Shown piece after piece: positions 21,628-31,392 of a stretch of 64,000 nucleotides of DNA (positions are counted from its first letter, which is position 1; every line of letters starts with the position of its first letter). The notes under the pieces are model-generated. The model was given only the letters and a program-made list of their open reading frames with translations. It was not told the DNA's origin and ran no database searches. The stretch is from Chloropicon primus (taxonomy: Eukaryota). Both the position numbers and the translations under genes were made by a program. Where the stretch lies: NCBI GenBank assembly GCA_023205875.1, contig CP060770.1:1-64000 (forward strand). The letters are read 5' to 3'.

Positions 21628-22470
21628 CTAATAATAGTAACTGGATCCGTCCTTCCTGCACTTCTCCAGGAGGAGGCCAAGCTCCGGGTGGCGTCTCTGT
21701 ACCCAAGTGCCCTCGTGGAGCTTGAGCCAGCTTCCGTCCTCCGACGCGTCTACGACCCGACCCGTCCCCAGGGCTCCGAGTATTCTCCCGTCCATGCTGG
21801 GCTTGTCCCGTACCATCACGCTGGGACTATGGATGACCTTGTAGTGGCCACGAGCCTCGTCGGTGGCCCCTTGCCCTCCCCCCTCCCCCCTCTTCCCCGC
21901 CTCCGGCTCCAGCATCAGAAACTCTTCCCTCAGGTCCTCGAGGCGTGCGCCCGAGGTCCTCCTCAGGAGAGTCCCCAGGTCCTCGTGCTGGGCGCACATC
22001 CACGCCTCCTTCTCACCGGACCACCTCTTCCCCTCCCTGAAACCCTCCGCCAGCTTCACCCAAAGGTACCCCCCCTGGCTCGACCTCGCCACCACCCTCA
22101 CCTCCTCCCCCTGCCTCCTCGCTCCGAGCACATGACCCCCGAGGCTCGGCCTGTCCCTTACCACCACCCGGGGACCGTAACTGATCCTCAGCACCGACTG
22201 GAGCTCCTCCTCCTCCTCCTCCTCCCTCCTCCGGTACTCAAGCCTCAGGCGGTCGCCTTCTCCTCGCCGAGGCATCGATTGGGTCGATGCCTCTTCCTCC
22301 TCATGCCACCTCTCGTTCCCTCGAATGGCCTGGAAGACTCTTCCTCCCTTGGTCCCTTCCTTTCCCTCGCCGCGGCGGAGGACGCCCAAACGCATGGTCG
22401 GGGTCCTCATACCCGCCAGCATGCTCGCTAGGCTCTCCGCGCTCACAACCTTTACCTTCTCCTCCGCCAT
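21628..22470 (-). CDS. Hypothetical protein with two SH3b-like repeats
   Basis: ATG at 22470. Two internal repeats: VVVRDRPSLGGHVLG..G..V...WVKL...AWM..HEDLGTLL and VMVRDKPSMDGRILG..G..V...WLKL...TWV..HPELGLLL. TGTAA on the minus strand at 21443-21439. Confidence 0.65.
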   Translation of the reverse strand: MAEEKVKVVSAESLASMLAGMRTPTMRLGVLRRGEGKEGTKGGRVFQAIRGNERWHEEEEASTQSMPRRGEGDRLRLEYRRREEEEEEELQSVLRISYGPRVVVRDRPSLGGHVLGARRQGEEVRVVARSSQGGYLWVKLAEGFREGKRWSGEKEAWMCAQHEDLGTLLRRTSGARLEDLREEFLMLEPEAGKRGEGGGQGATDEARGHYKVIHSPSVMVRDKPSMDGRILGALGTGRVVDASEDGSWLKLHEGTWVQRRHPELGLLLEKCRKDGSSYYY

Positions 22471-22526
22471 CCTCTCCCCCTCTCTCCCTCTCTCTCTCCC
22501 TCGCTCCCTCCTCTCGAGTCTCAAGC

Positions 22527-23051
22527 GTTTCCTTTCTCCTCCTGAAACGCTTGAGGTTTGGCCTCGGACCTGTGCTCGAGGGGTGAGCTTGGAGGGACAA
22601 TGCCGGTGGGAAGGAGGTCAGATGGGGGGGAGGGAGGGGTCACGACCGTCGCCACGTCTCTGTATCTTTCGTTGGACGGAGCCGTTTCACGGACGGTTTC
22701 CTTTCTCTTTCTTTCTGAAACGAAACGCTTGAGGTTTGGCCTCGGACCTGTGCTCGAGGGGTGAGCTTGGAGGGACAATGCCGGTGGGAAGGAGGTCAGA
22801 TGGGGGGGAGGGAGGGGTCACGACCGTCGCCACGTCTCTGTATCTTTCGTTGGACGGAGCCGTTTCACGGACGGTTTCCTTTCTCTTTCTTTCTGAAACG
22901 AAACGCTTGAGGTTTGGCCTCGGACCTGTGCTCGAGGGGTGAGCTTGGGGGGACAATGCCGGTGGGAAGGAGGTCAGAGGGGGGGAGGGAGGGGTCACGA
23001 CCGTCGCCACGTCTCTGTATCTTTCGTTGGACGGAGCCGTTTCACGGACGG
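22527..23051. repeat. Tandem repeat, 178-bp unit, about 3 near-identical copies
   Basis: Identical ORF starts at 22558, 22736 and 22914. The unit gaaacgcttgaggtttggcc...gccgtttcacggacgg is read three times. Confidence 0.95.
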
Positions 23052-23278
23052 AAGGAGGGGACGAGGAAAGATGGACATCTTGGTCCACGCATCCGTGACG
23101 GGGACCTGAGCTTGCCAAAGCCCAGCAGGGGACGAGGGTTCTTGACGAATGGGGCTGGTGGTGCTCCTGCAATGTGGATTGTTAGATCAAAAACTTTATG
23201 GCGTGCGGCTCGGTCGACAAAAGAAGCCGCACTGACTCACAACAAAAACGTTCCTCGCTCGCTCCTCGTCGCTGGTTC

Positions 23279-24063
23279 CTAGCCCTTGAAGCACAAGGCG
23301 AGGAAGAGCTGCGCGGTCCAGTAGGTGGACATGATCACAAGCCTGGCATGCGGCACAACTGGACCGACGAACATGTTCAAAGCCAGGGACGAGTCGCTCA
23401 TGACGAAGAGGACGGCTCCCAGGATACCGAAGACGGAGGACTGGTTGTGCTTGCTTCGGCTGGCGGCGTCGAGGGACGACGCAAAGGTGGTCGCGATGGA
23501 GACGCAGTAAAACAGAACTGGAATCTTGATCTGTCCCAAGTTGCCATAAAGGAAGGCGTAGAGGCCGCCAGCATAAGCGTAGCAGCCCAGAGTCCTCACC
23601 AACCCACTTCCTTGCTTCCCTGCACGAGACTTGGTCTTGGTCTTGGAGAAGCAGTAAACGTAGCACCACTGAGCAGCAAGGAAGGCGACCTGTGTATCAA
23701 GAGCAAAGGCAGATGGAGGCAGAGGCGTGTCAATGCGAGTCCCTGCAGCGACGGGGAACAAAGATCCTGGCACGAGTAACTCACCAACCCAAGGACAAAG
23801 CTAAGCTCGGTCTCTTTGTAGTCGTTGTGACAGAGGGCAGCATCTCCCAAGGCGGAGAGGGCAAAGGCAAAGGCAGCCGCTTTGGCCTTGTTCGTCTTCC
23901 CATGAGCCTCCACCGTCAGCACAATGCAAGGCCACATCTTGAAGAAAGCTTCGTAGACCCAAAGGTCCTTGACATCCTTGTCCTTCCTCAGGATGAAACT
24001 GATGTAGACCGCTATGGAAAGCAAGTAGATGGGAACAAACCCTCGCATTGTTTTCGAACCCAT
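23279..24063 (-). CDS. TMEM86: YhhN/TMEM86 lysoplasmalogenase-like membrane protein, intron 23784-23690
   Basis: FALSALGDAAL, FVLGL|VAFLAAQWCY, GAVLFVMSDSSLALNMF and IMSTYWTAQ motifs; phase-0 GT-AG intron. Confidence 0.87.
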
Positions 24064-24341
24064 TGCTTACGACAAGGACGGACTCTGAGCTGGAACACAA
24101 TGCCTGCTACCCCACCGCTGGAAAGGGAAAGGTTCTCCACAAGCAAGCAAGCGAGCGAGCTGAGTCCTGGCTTGATGGAGGGAGTTTTGAATCCATCCCT
24201 CCATCGCCATGTGACGTGGCATGTGAGGATAGGACTGGAGGAGAGGGAGGCACACCACGGGGGGCATGGCGATCCACAATCCTCATGCAAAGGAAACACA
24301 TTACACACACACAACGAATTGTTTTTCGATCCTGTTGGGTC

Positions 24342-26231
24342 TCAAGCATCCAACTTGCTCTTCACGATGTCGTTCACCAGCTTTGGGTTTGCCTTTCCCT
24401 GGGTCGCTTTCATGGTCTGCCCGACGAAGAACCCAAAGAGTTTGGTCTTCCCTCCCCTGTACTGCTCGACTTGCTTTGGGTTCTTGCTGATGATCTCGCC
24501 GATGATCTCTCCGAGCTCCCCCTCGTCCGAGATCTGCACCAAGCCCTTGGCCTCCACAACCTCCTTGGGGCTCTTTCCGCTGTCCAGCACCTCGGGGAGG
24601 ATCTGTTTCGCGATCTTGCCGCTGATAACGCCTTCCTCGATCAGCGCGATCATCTCGTGGAGGGATTGGGGCGACATCTTGGCCTCCTCGATGGAGAGCT
24701 TCTTGCCGTTCAGGAAGGCCAGAATGTCCCCGACCAGCCAGTTGCAGGCGGCCTTGGGGTCGGTGCCGAGGTCCACGACCTTGGAAAAGTAGTGCCAGAG
24801 GTTGACGTCATCCGAAACGATGGCGGCGTCCGCCACGGTGAGGCCCATGGCCAGGAGCTTCTGCCTCACCTGTCCGGGAAGCTCAGGCATGCTGCCCTCT
24901 ATCTCGGAGACCTGGCCGTCCTTGAGCACCAGGAAGGGCAGGTCTGGCTCCCTGAGGTACCTGTAGTCCGCGGCCTCCTCCTTGGACCGCATGCTCTTCG
25001 TCTCCGCCCTCGCCTCGTCCCACAGCCTCGTCTCCTGCACGATCTCTCCTCCCCTGCCCTCCTCGATCAGGGTGGACTGCCTCCTGGTCTCGTACTCCAC
25101 CGCGCTCTTCACCGCAGAAAAGGAGTTGAGGTTCTTCACTTCCACCTTGGTCCCGAGCCTCGTCTCGCCCTTTCTCCTGACGGAGATGTTCACGTCGCAC
25201 CTCAGGGAGCCCTCCTGCATGTTGCCGCTGCTCACTCCGAGGTACCTCACGATCCTCCTCAGCTCCTGCGCGTAGGCAGCGGCCTCCTCCCCGCTCCTCA
25301 TGTCCGGCTCGGTCACTATTTCGATCAGAGGCACCCCCGCCCTGTTGTAGTCCGCGAGCGTGGAGGCCGATCCACTACTCGCGCCGTCGTCATCGCCGCC
25401 ACCGTCGTTGCTCGTCGCCAGTGAGTCTTGCCCCTCGTGGGTGAGCTTGGCGGTGTCCTCCTCCATGTGAAGCCTGTGGATCCGAACCTTGCAGGTCGGG
25501 AAGGCGTCCGTTTGCATGCCAACCACGAACATGGGAGCCTCCACGAGGCCCTCCGTGGCGATGGGCCTGTCGTTCTGAGATATCTGGTACCCCTTCGGCA
25601 GATCCCCGTAAAAGTACTGCTTCCTGTCGAACTTGGACTCGCCGTGAATGGAGCAGTTGAGCGCGACCCCCATCTTGATCGCGAGCTCCACCATCTTCTT
25701 GTTCAGGCTCGGAAGCATCCCCGGGTGCCCGAGGCACACGGGACAAACGTTCGCGTTCGGCTTCCCCCCGTACTCGCTCTTGCACGAGCAAAATGCCTTG
25801 GTCCTCGTGTTCAGCTGCACGTGGGTCTCCACCCCAATCACAGACTCCCACTCTGCTGCTGACGCTGATGCCTTGTCCCCCTCCGCCACCGCAGGCGCCG
25901 ACGAAGCAAAGCAGGCACCAACAAGTCCACGACAACCACTGCTGCTGCTGCTGTCCATCATCCTCATCCCCATGCCGGATCCCTTCCCTCCCAATGCTGG
26001 GGCCAATGGCCTCCCTCCCATCCCGAGGGAAGGACTCCCTCTCCTCCCCTCTTCTCTAAACCTCCTCCAGGGACCCCTCAGGCCTGAAGCATGATTCCCT
26101 CCACTGGTGCTGGTCCTGGTCCTTCCCATGGCCATGACGCGTGCGTTGCGGAACACGCTCCGCCCCGTGGTCCACTTGACCCAGGTGCACCGTGGCGCAC
26201 TCCCCACCGGACAACACAACCTCCCCTTCAT
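24342..26231 (-). CDS. gatB: Glutamyl-tRNA(Gln) amidotransferase subunit B, organellar
   Basis: VIGVETHVQL, CPVCLGHPGMLP, FDRKQYFYGDLPKGYQISQ, HMEEDTAK, DYNRAGVPLIEIVTEPD, GSLRCDVNIS and a C-terminal Yqey-like domain, after a long transit peptide. Confidence 0.97.
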   Translation of the reverse strand: MKGRLCCPVGSAPRCTWVKWTTGRSVFRNARVMAMGRTRTSTSGGNHASGLRGPWRRFREEGRRGSPSLGMGGRPLAPALGGKGSGMGMRMMDSSSSSGCRGLVGACFASSAPAVAEGDKASASAAEWESVIGVETHVQLNTRTKAFCSCKSEYGGKPNANVCPVCLGHPGMLPSLNKKMVELAIKMGVALNCSIHGESKFDRKQYFYGDLPKGYQISQNDRPIATEGLVEAPMFVVGMQTDAFPTCKVRIHRLHMEEDTAKLTHEGQDSLATSNDGGGDDDGASSGSASTLADYNRAGVPLIEIVTEPDMRSGEEAAAYAQELRRIVRYLGVSSGNMQEGSLRCDVNISVRRKGETRLGTKVEVKNLNSFSAVKSAVEYETRRQSTLIEEGRGGEIVQETRLWDEARAETKSMRSKEEAADYRYLREPDLPFLVLKDGQVSEIEGSMPELPGQVRQKLLAMGLTVADAAIVSDDVNLWHYFSKVVDLGTDPKAACNWLVGDILAFLNGKKLSIEEAKMSPQSLHEMIALIEEGVISGKIAKQILPEVLDSGKSPKEVVEAKGLVQISDEGELGEIIGEIISKNPKQVEQYRGGKTKLFGFFVGQTMKATQGKANPKLVNDIVKSKLDA

Positions 26232-26886
26232 CCCTTCCTCCTCCTCTCCTCTCCTCTCCCTCCCCTCAATCGAATGGATAAGGTAATCGCTCCTCTCTCT
26301 CTCTCTCCTCGTTCTTCCTCGATGGAGACACGCACGCGTCGAGCGAGGGCTCTTTCGAAAGTCTGAGAGATGAAGCTTCCGAATCCGTCCTCTTCTCTCC
26401 CCCTCTCCGCAAACCGCGCCCTCAATCTCTCTCTCTCTCTCTCACGCGCCCTCTGCTTCGCCAGCAGCCACTGGACAAGCTCTCCCTTGTGGCGTCTGAG
26501 GAGGAGGAAGGGACGAGGAAAGGATCGATTGAGGAGGTGAGTGGGCGCAGTAGGGCGAGTGTGGAAGGTATTTATGGAATCATCATGTTGAGGGCTTTCC
26601 ATAGAGCCCTCCCTCGAGAAGAAGGACGCTCGGGTGAAGATGTTGTGGGCCAAAAGGCAAGCACGGAGCCCCTGGGTGCTTGGGTGGAGGCCCACCGTAT
26701 GTGCGAGCTAGGCGGCGGGGACGAGAGCGGAGGAGAAAGAGAGGGTGATAGAGGGAAGATTTATCGCGTGATCTTTCGAATGGATGGTCTCATGAAGGAG
26801 GAAACGCTCTAGGGAAGGAATGAGTGGACTGATTCGTTGTCTCCGTGTTTTGGTTTTGTATCGGTTCTGGATTAGGATTCAGGGGG

Positions 26887-27369
26887 ATGGAAGGCGTTGG
26901 AGGTAGAGATGGATCCGAAGGACGAGGTGTCTCTTTCTCTCCGTCACCGTCTTCGATTGGCTCCCCCTCGGCGTCTTCGGCGTCACCGTCGGCGGCCACA
27001 TCGTCGCAAGGATGGGCGAGGAGTCCCATGGGGATGAGGAGTGTGCAGGAGAAGAAGGAGGTGGTCCGGCTCGTGAACGAGAGGATGGACCAAGCCCTGG
27101 AGCAGACCACGGACCTGGTGACGGTGCTGAGGGAGATGCTTAGCGTGAACTTGGAGACGACTGCAAAGTTCCTCATGATTCATGACGACTCAAGCGGCGA
27201 GGTGGGGGAGAGCGCGAGGGTCGCCGTCGGGATGACGCACGGGCTCGTGGAGGCGTGCATGCAAGTGTCTCAGGACGGGGCACTCCTCGTGGAGGAGACC
27301 AAGTCCAAGATAGAAGGAATCAGGAAGCAGGTGGACCAGCTGGAATCCATCGTGAACAAGCTGGTGTGA
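26887..27369 (+). CDS. BORCS6: BORC subunit 6 (lyspersin)-like small coiled-coil protein
   Basis: Ser-rich N-terminus, then about 100 aa of helical domain ending GLVEACMQVSQD...KIEGIRKQVDQLE, resembling the BORCS6 C-terminal pattern. Recognised by eye only. Confidence 0.5.
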   Translation: MEGVGGRDGSEGRGVSFSPSPSSIGSPSASSASPSAATSSQGWARSPMGMRSVQEKKEVVRLVNERMDQALEQTTDLVTVLREMLSVNLETTAKFLMIHDDSSGEVGESARVAVGMTHGLVEACMQVSQDGALLVEETKSKIEGIRKQVDQLESIVNKLV

Positions 27370-27522
27370 AAGCCAGGAAAACCCAAAACCAGTCTATTCG
27401 TAGTATGTGTTGTTGTTGTTGTACGATGAGATGAAGCGACTTAAGAAGTCTTCGGAGGTCCGCAGGACTGGCCAGTCCTCGTCCATATTCTCCTCGAGGG
27501 ACCCGTAGTACCACTCGCTCAG

Positions 27523-27847
27523 ACTGAGGCACGGCTCCTAGTACTGGAGGAGATCAAGGTTGCCTGCGAGGGGTGGACTGGTGACCGAGGAGGACTACCT
27601 GGAGACCAAGGCTTCGTTCCTCAAGCAGAAGCAGAAGCAGATTGAGATGGAGAGGATCGTGGAGGTCAACCAAGACTTCTTGACGCCAAGGTTGGAGAGG
27701 GAGCAGGCCAAGGAGGAGCTCATGCATGCTTACAAGCGCGTTCTGGATTCCAAAGTCCTCGTCTCGATGATGGATGGAAGCCGCCTCGTGGGCTCCGCCA
27801 CGAGAGCGAGTGGTAAGAATGTAAACATACACACGTCTTTTGGATGA
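27523..27847 (+). pseudogene. Frameshifted SHOCT-like small protein (pseudogene or homopolymer assembly error)
   Basis: EARLLVLEEIKVACEG in one frame continues as GLVTEEDYLETKASFL in the next frame across a G4 run at 27570-27573. There is no clean upstream ATG. Confidence 0.4.
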
Positions 27848-28464
27848 ACAATACGTTAAGTTACACGGAGTTTCCTCACCACCTTCCTCCTCTCCCTCTC
27901 CCTCTCCCTTGATCCCATCCCTCGCCCTTTCCTTCCCGCCATCTGGAGCGCAGAAAAGGACCAGAAAAATTGTCAGATTCCCGCGAAAAATAGGGCGAAG
28001 AGGAGTCGGCGGTTGCGAGGAGGAGCACAACACATCACAAGCGCCTCAGCCGTGACTCAGTCACCCGACGGACGAGTCCATCCATCCATTAAAACGAAGT
28101 TGTCTTCTCTTCTCAAGCATCACCATAACACCAGCACCAGCACCATCAGCATAGCATCAGCATCAGCCTCGCAGAAAGACGAGTGAAGGAGGAGGAGAGG
28201 TGTCTCGTGACTGGTTTCTCGTGACTCGCACCGACAGACGAGGCTCTCGTTGCTCGTTGCTGCTCAGTCAGCGAGGGTCCAAGCTCCTTCGTGCTCCTTC
28301 ACTTCCCTCTTACTCTTCAAGGAAAGGAGATGGACGAGTGAAGGAGAGAGGATGCCCGTGTTGTTGCTGGATGGATGGGTAGAAGAGAACAGTGATTGAT
28401 TGATGGATAGATTGATTGACCAGATTGCTTTGGAACTGTCTGTGTCTGTCGGTGGTTGGGATTG

Positions 28465-30615
28465 ATGGCGAGGTGTCCGGAGAGCACAGCGGCGTATCAG
28501 CTGTTCGTGGTCACCAAGGCCTTGGACTGCGAGGAGGAGGGCAACAGGACATGGTGCGAGGAACTGAGGAACAGGGTCCTGGAGTGGACGGCAGCGTACA
28601 CCAAGGAGTACGTGTGGCACTGCGAGGGCTTCAAGCTCAATGTGCACTGCTGCAGCGGCTTGGGTCAGCAAGAGGGCAGCAGCCTCCCGGACTTTTGTCC
28701 TGCGGAAAGCGCGGAGCTGAGCCACCTGTGGGGTTCCACTTGGTACGGCGATAACGTGGAGGACGCCTGGTTTCTGGTTTGGCTTCTCAAGCAAGTGACC
28801 TTGGCCAGCTGGACTCGGCCGGACCAATTTGGGTGCGAGCTCGCCGCGAGAATATGGGACGATGACGGCGACTTTGTCTTCATCGAAGCCGCCGAGTGCC
28901 TGCCCGAGTGGCTGCAGCCCGACAACTCGGCCAACAGGCTGTTTCTGCACAAGGGGGTGGCGAGGGTGCTTTGCCAGGGGAGCGATCCGCCCGGATGCGG
29001 CGTTGCCAAGCTAAGGGTGAAGGGTTTGGGGCTCAGAGAAGCCTTGGAGATCGTGAAGAGCGGCGGCGAGGGCAATCGCTTCTCCGGCAGGGTGAATTCG
29101 GTGGTGGAGGCAAGGTTGAGCGGCTACCCAGAGAGAGCGACGGCACACCAGCAGCACGCTTGCGTCTGCTGCCTCCCAAGGAGAGCTGCTCTGCTTCTGC
29201 AGCGGCACCCCAATGCAGTCGCACAGGCAACTCACTCGTTTTTTTACAGAGGCACAGAAGGGATGAAACTCTTGAGGAACCTCTCTGCCCCGTCCACGGA
29301 GGGCCAGGGTGGGTGGGATCGCGCCGTGTTCTGCGACGGAGAATCGAGTCTGGACGACTTCGTGCACGTCAAGGTGAAAATGAACAGGAGCCATTACGCC
29401 CAACTGATGCAGCAGTCCTTCTGTCCGCCGTCGAACGCTTACCCGGCCTTGCCCCACAAGAAATCGCCCTGGTACCTGGCTGCAGACCTCGGCGCCAAGG
29501 TGGCTTGCGGCTTGGAGCTCTTCTGCCACTACAACTTTGGGGACAGGAAGGTGGCGGTTGGGAAGGACGCGGCGGTTGGGGGTGGCCCCAAATGGATCGC
29601 CTTCCTGGGAAGGCTGGAGGAATTTGGGTACTTTGAGGGCGAGCTGGAGGGGTCAAGGCGGTACAAGGAGCTGCTCGGGGTGGCGAAGGCCGCCTTCCTG
29701 GCCAGCAAGACACGCACCAGGTCTCTGGACGCCACAAGCATGGAAACCGTGGTGCTCCTCAAGGAAATTTCAAAGATCCTTTCGGAGGAGCAGGAGAAGG
29801 GCGAGAACGACTTGTATCAGGCCGTGGAGAGGTGCGACCTGAATGCCGGCTCCTCGGACGCTTGGTTGTACAACGGGGAGGAGCTGCTGGAAGCGGCCAT
29901 GGAAGCCCGGATGGGGGGCAAGAGCTCGATGCAGACCCCCCGTGACCCGGGCAACGGCGAGCAAGGCATGGAAGAGGTGATGCATCAGATGAACAATTTC
30001 GTGAATCACTTGAGTGGCTTGGAGGGTGCGGAGGTCCCCCAAGAAGGTGGTTTGGATTCCATCGACCCCATGAGGTTCTTCGACGAGATCACGAGAGCGA
30101 TCGGGGTGACCAAGGAAGAGCTGATGAGGGAGGTTGATGCGAAGAACCAAAGTCTGTACTTCTCCGATGATGACGATGAGGAGGAGGAGGAGGAGGAGGA
30201 GGAGGAGGAGGAGGAGGAGGGGGGCCTTGCGAGCGGCGTGGAATCTTTCAGGGCAACGAAATCGTTCGAGTGTCTCTCCGGGAGCGACTCGGACGACGAG
30301 GGCGACGAAGTGTTCGCCCAGGCTTACGATGAAGTCCTGAAGGAGGAGCTCGGGGACACCCTGATGGGTCAGCGTCAGAACTCGGCGAGTGGCGTGGTGG
30401 TCGACTTGGAGGAGCCGGAAGGGGACGAGCTTCTCGACCAGGGGATAGGGGAGGATTTGGCCGCGATAGAGGACATACTGACGTCCGTGAAGCTGCAAGA
30501 TGGTCTCCCCGGCCCCGCAACCAACCTCATGGGCATGCTGGGTGTTTCCATCCCAAAGGAAGCTCTGAGGAGGCGAGGAGATGGCCAAGAAGAGGAGGGA
30601 GGAGATAAAACGTAG
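28465..30615 (+). CDS. ECD: Ecdysoneless / SGT1-family protein
   Basis: YVWH, GSTWYGDNVEDAWFLVWLL, DDDGDFVFIEAAECLPEWLQP..SANRLFLHKG, LGAKVACGLE, GYFEGELEGS and a C-terminal GPATNLMG. TGTAA follows the stop. Confidence 0.92.
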   Translation: MARCPESTAAYQLFVVTKALDCEEEGNRTWCEELRNRVLEWTAAYTKEYVWHCEGFKLNVHCCSGLGQQEGSSLPDFCPAESAELSHLWGSTWYGDNVEDAWFLVWLLKQVTLASWTRPDQFGCELAARIWDDDGDFVFIEAAECLPEWLQPDNSANRLFLHKGVARVLCQGSDPPGCGVAKLRVKGLGLREALEIVKSGGEGNRFSGRVNSVVEARLSGYPERATAHQQHACVCCLPRRAALLLQRHPNAVAQATHSFFYRGTEGMKLLRNLSAPSTEGQGGWDRAVFCDGESSLDDFVHVKVKMNRSHYAQLMQQSFCPPSNAYPALPHKKSPWYLAADLGAKVACGLELFCHYNFGDRKVAVGKDAAVGGGPKWIAFLGRLEEFGYFEGELEGSRRYKELLGVAKAAFLASKTRTRSLDATSMETVVLLKEISKILSEEQEKGENDLYQAVERCDLNAGSSDAWLYNGEELLEAAMEARMGGKSSMQTPRDPGNGEQGMEEVMHQMNNFVNHLSGLEGAEVPQEGGLDSIDPMRFFDEITRAIGVTKEELMREVDAKNQSLYFSDDDDEEEEEEEEEEEEEEGGLASGVESFRATKSFECLSGSDSDDEGDEVFAQAYDEVLKEELGDTLMGQRQNSASGVVVDLEEPEGDELLDQGIGEDLAAIEDILTSVKLQDGLPGPATNLMGMLGVSIPKEALRRRGDGQEEEGGDKT

Positions 30616-31109
30616 AGCGGGGCGGCGACCTGTGTTAATTGATGTTGTTGTAAACTATATTTGTAAACCACGCGCATGACGCACACACACACACACACGT
30701 AAAGACCGACAAGACTCTCTCTCTTCTCGCGTGAGGACCCAGGACGGTTGCGAAGGAGCAAAAAGAATCTACAGCAGCAACACACCGTCGGATTAATAAA
30801 AGTGACAAATATTATATTTTCGATTTCATATCCAACGCGCGCGCTGCCATAGTCCTAATAAAACTCTGAAGAGGGCCTCCGCTCCGCTCCTCTTCTCCCA
30901 GGCGCTCCGGATGATGATGAAACCATCAAGAGACCCAGGAGAAGAGGACCGAAAGAGGGCCCAAAGAAGAGCCACGAAAGAAGCACAAACGCTCGCCATG
31001 CTGCTCCCCCAAGCCGTCGTCACGAAGGGCCGCGCCGAAAAGAAAGTCCCTTTCATTGCACCCCACCCGTTTCCTTCCGCCCGGGTTCGCCCGCCAAGAG
31101 GCTACGCGC

Positions 31110-31229
31110 TTACTTGCTTCTCTGTCTCATCTTTCTTCTCTTCCTTTGAAGCCTTCGCAGCCTCTTCTTCTTCCACTTCCACCTCATCTTGGCGTGCGCC
31201 TTCTTCCATGGGTTGGACTTGTGCGCCAT
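31110..31229 (-). CDS. RPL41: Ribosomal protein eL41 (eS32), 39 aa with N-terminal extension
   Basis: Manual translation gives MAHKSNPWKKAHAKMRWKWKKKRLRRLQRKRRKMRQRSK*. The last 25 aa match the eL41 consensus and the start context is caagATGg. It is below the ORF-track size cutoff. Confidence 0.95.
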   Translation of the reverse strand: MAHKSNPWKKAHAKMRWKWKKKRLRRLQRKRRKMRQRSK

Positions 31230-31344
31230 CTTGACACAACACTTCCTCTAACTATTTCCATTCCATTCCATTTCAGGAGAAAGCAGGAGAAACAAAAAAG
31301 ATAAAGTCAGCCTTTCGTTCCACTTGGCATCATCATGAGAGCAC

Positions 31345-31392
31345 GAGCATGAGAAGGAGCATGAGAAGGAGCATGAGAAGGAGCATGAGGAG
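31345..31392. repeat. 12-bp minisatellite (gagcatgagaag) x4
   Basis: Read directly; the last copy has one mismatch. Confidence 0.85.

Noticed and set aside
22527..23051. 178-bp repeats as a CRISPR array or U6 snRNA cluster (the minus strand contains GATACAGAGA)
   Set aside because: The units are wholly repeated with no unique spacers and there are no cas genes. The ACAGAGA box is not followed by the U6 AGAUUAGC sequence or a poly-T terminator.
26228..26812. ORFs between gatB and the BORCS6-like gene
   Set aside because: Low-complexity promoter/UTR sequence with non-ATG starts and no recognisable domains.
31272..31336. Possible C/D-box snoRNA upstream of RPL41 (ATGATGA...CTGA on the minus strand)
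   Set aside because: There is no terminal stem and no recognisable antisense rRNA guide. The CTGAC and pyrimidine tract are better explained as an intron branch point and acceptor.
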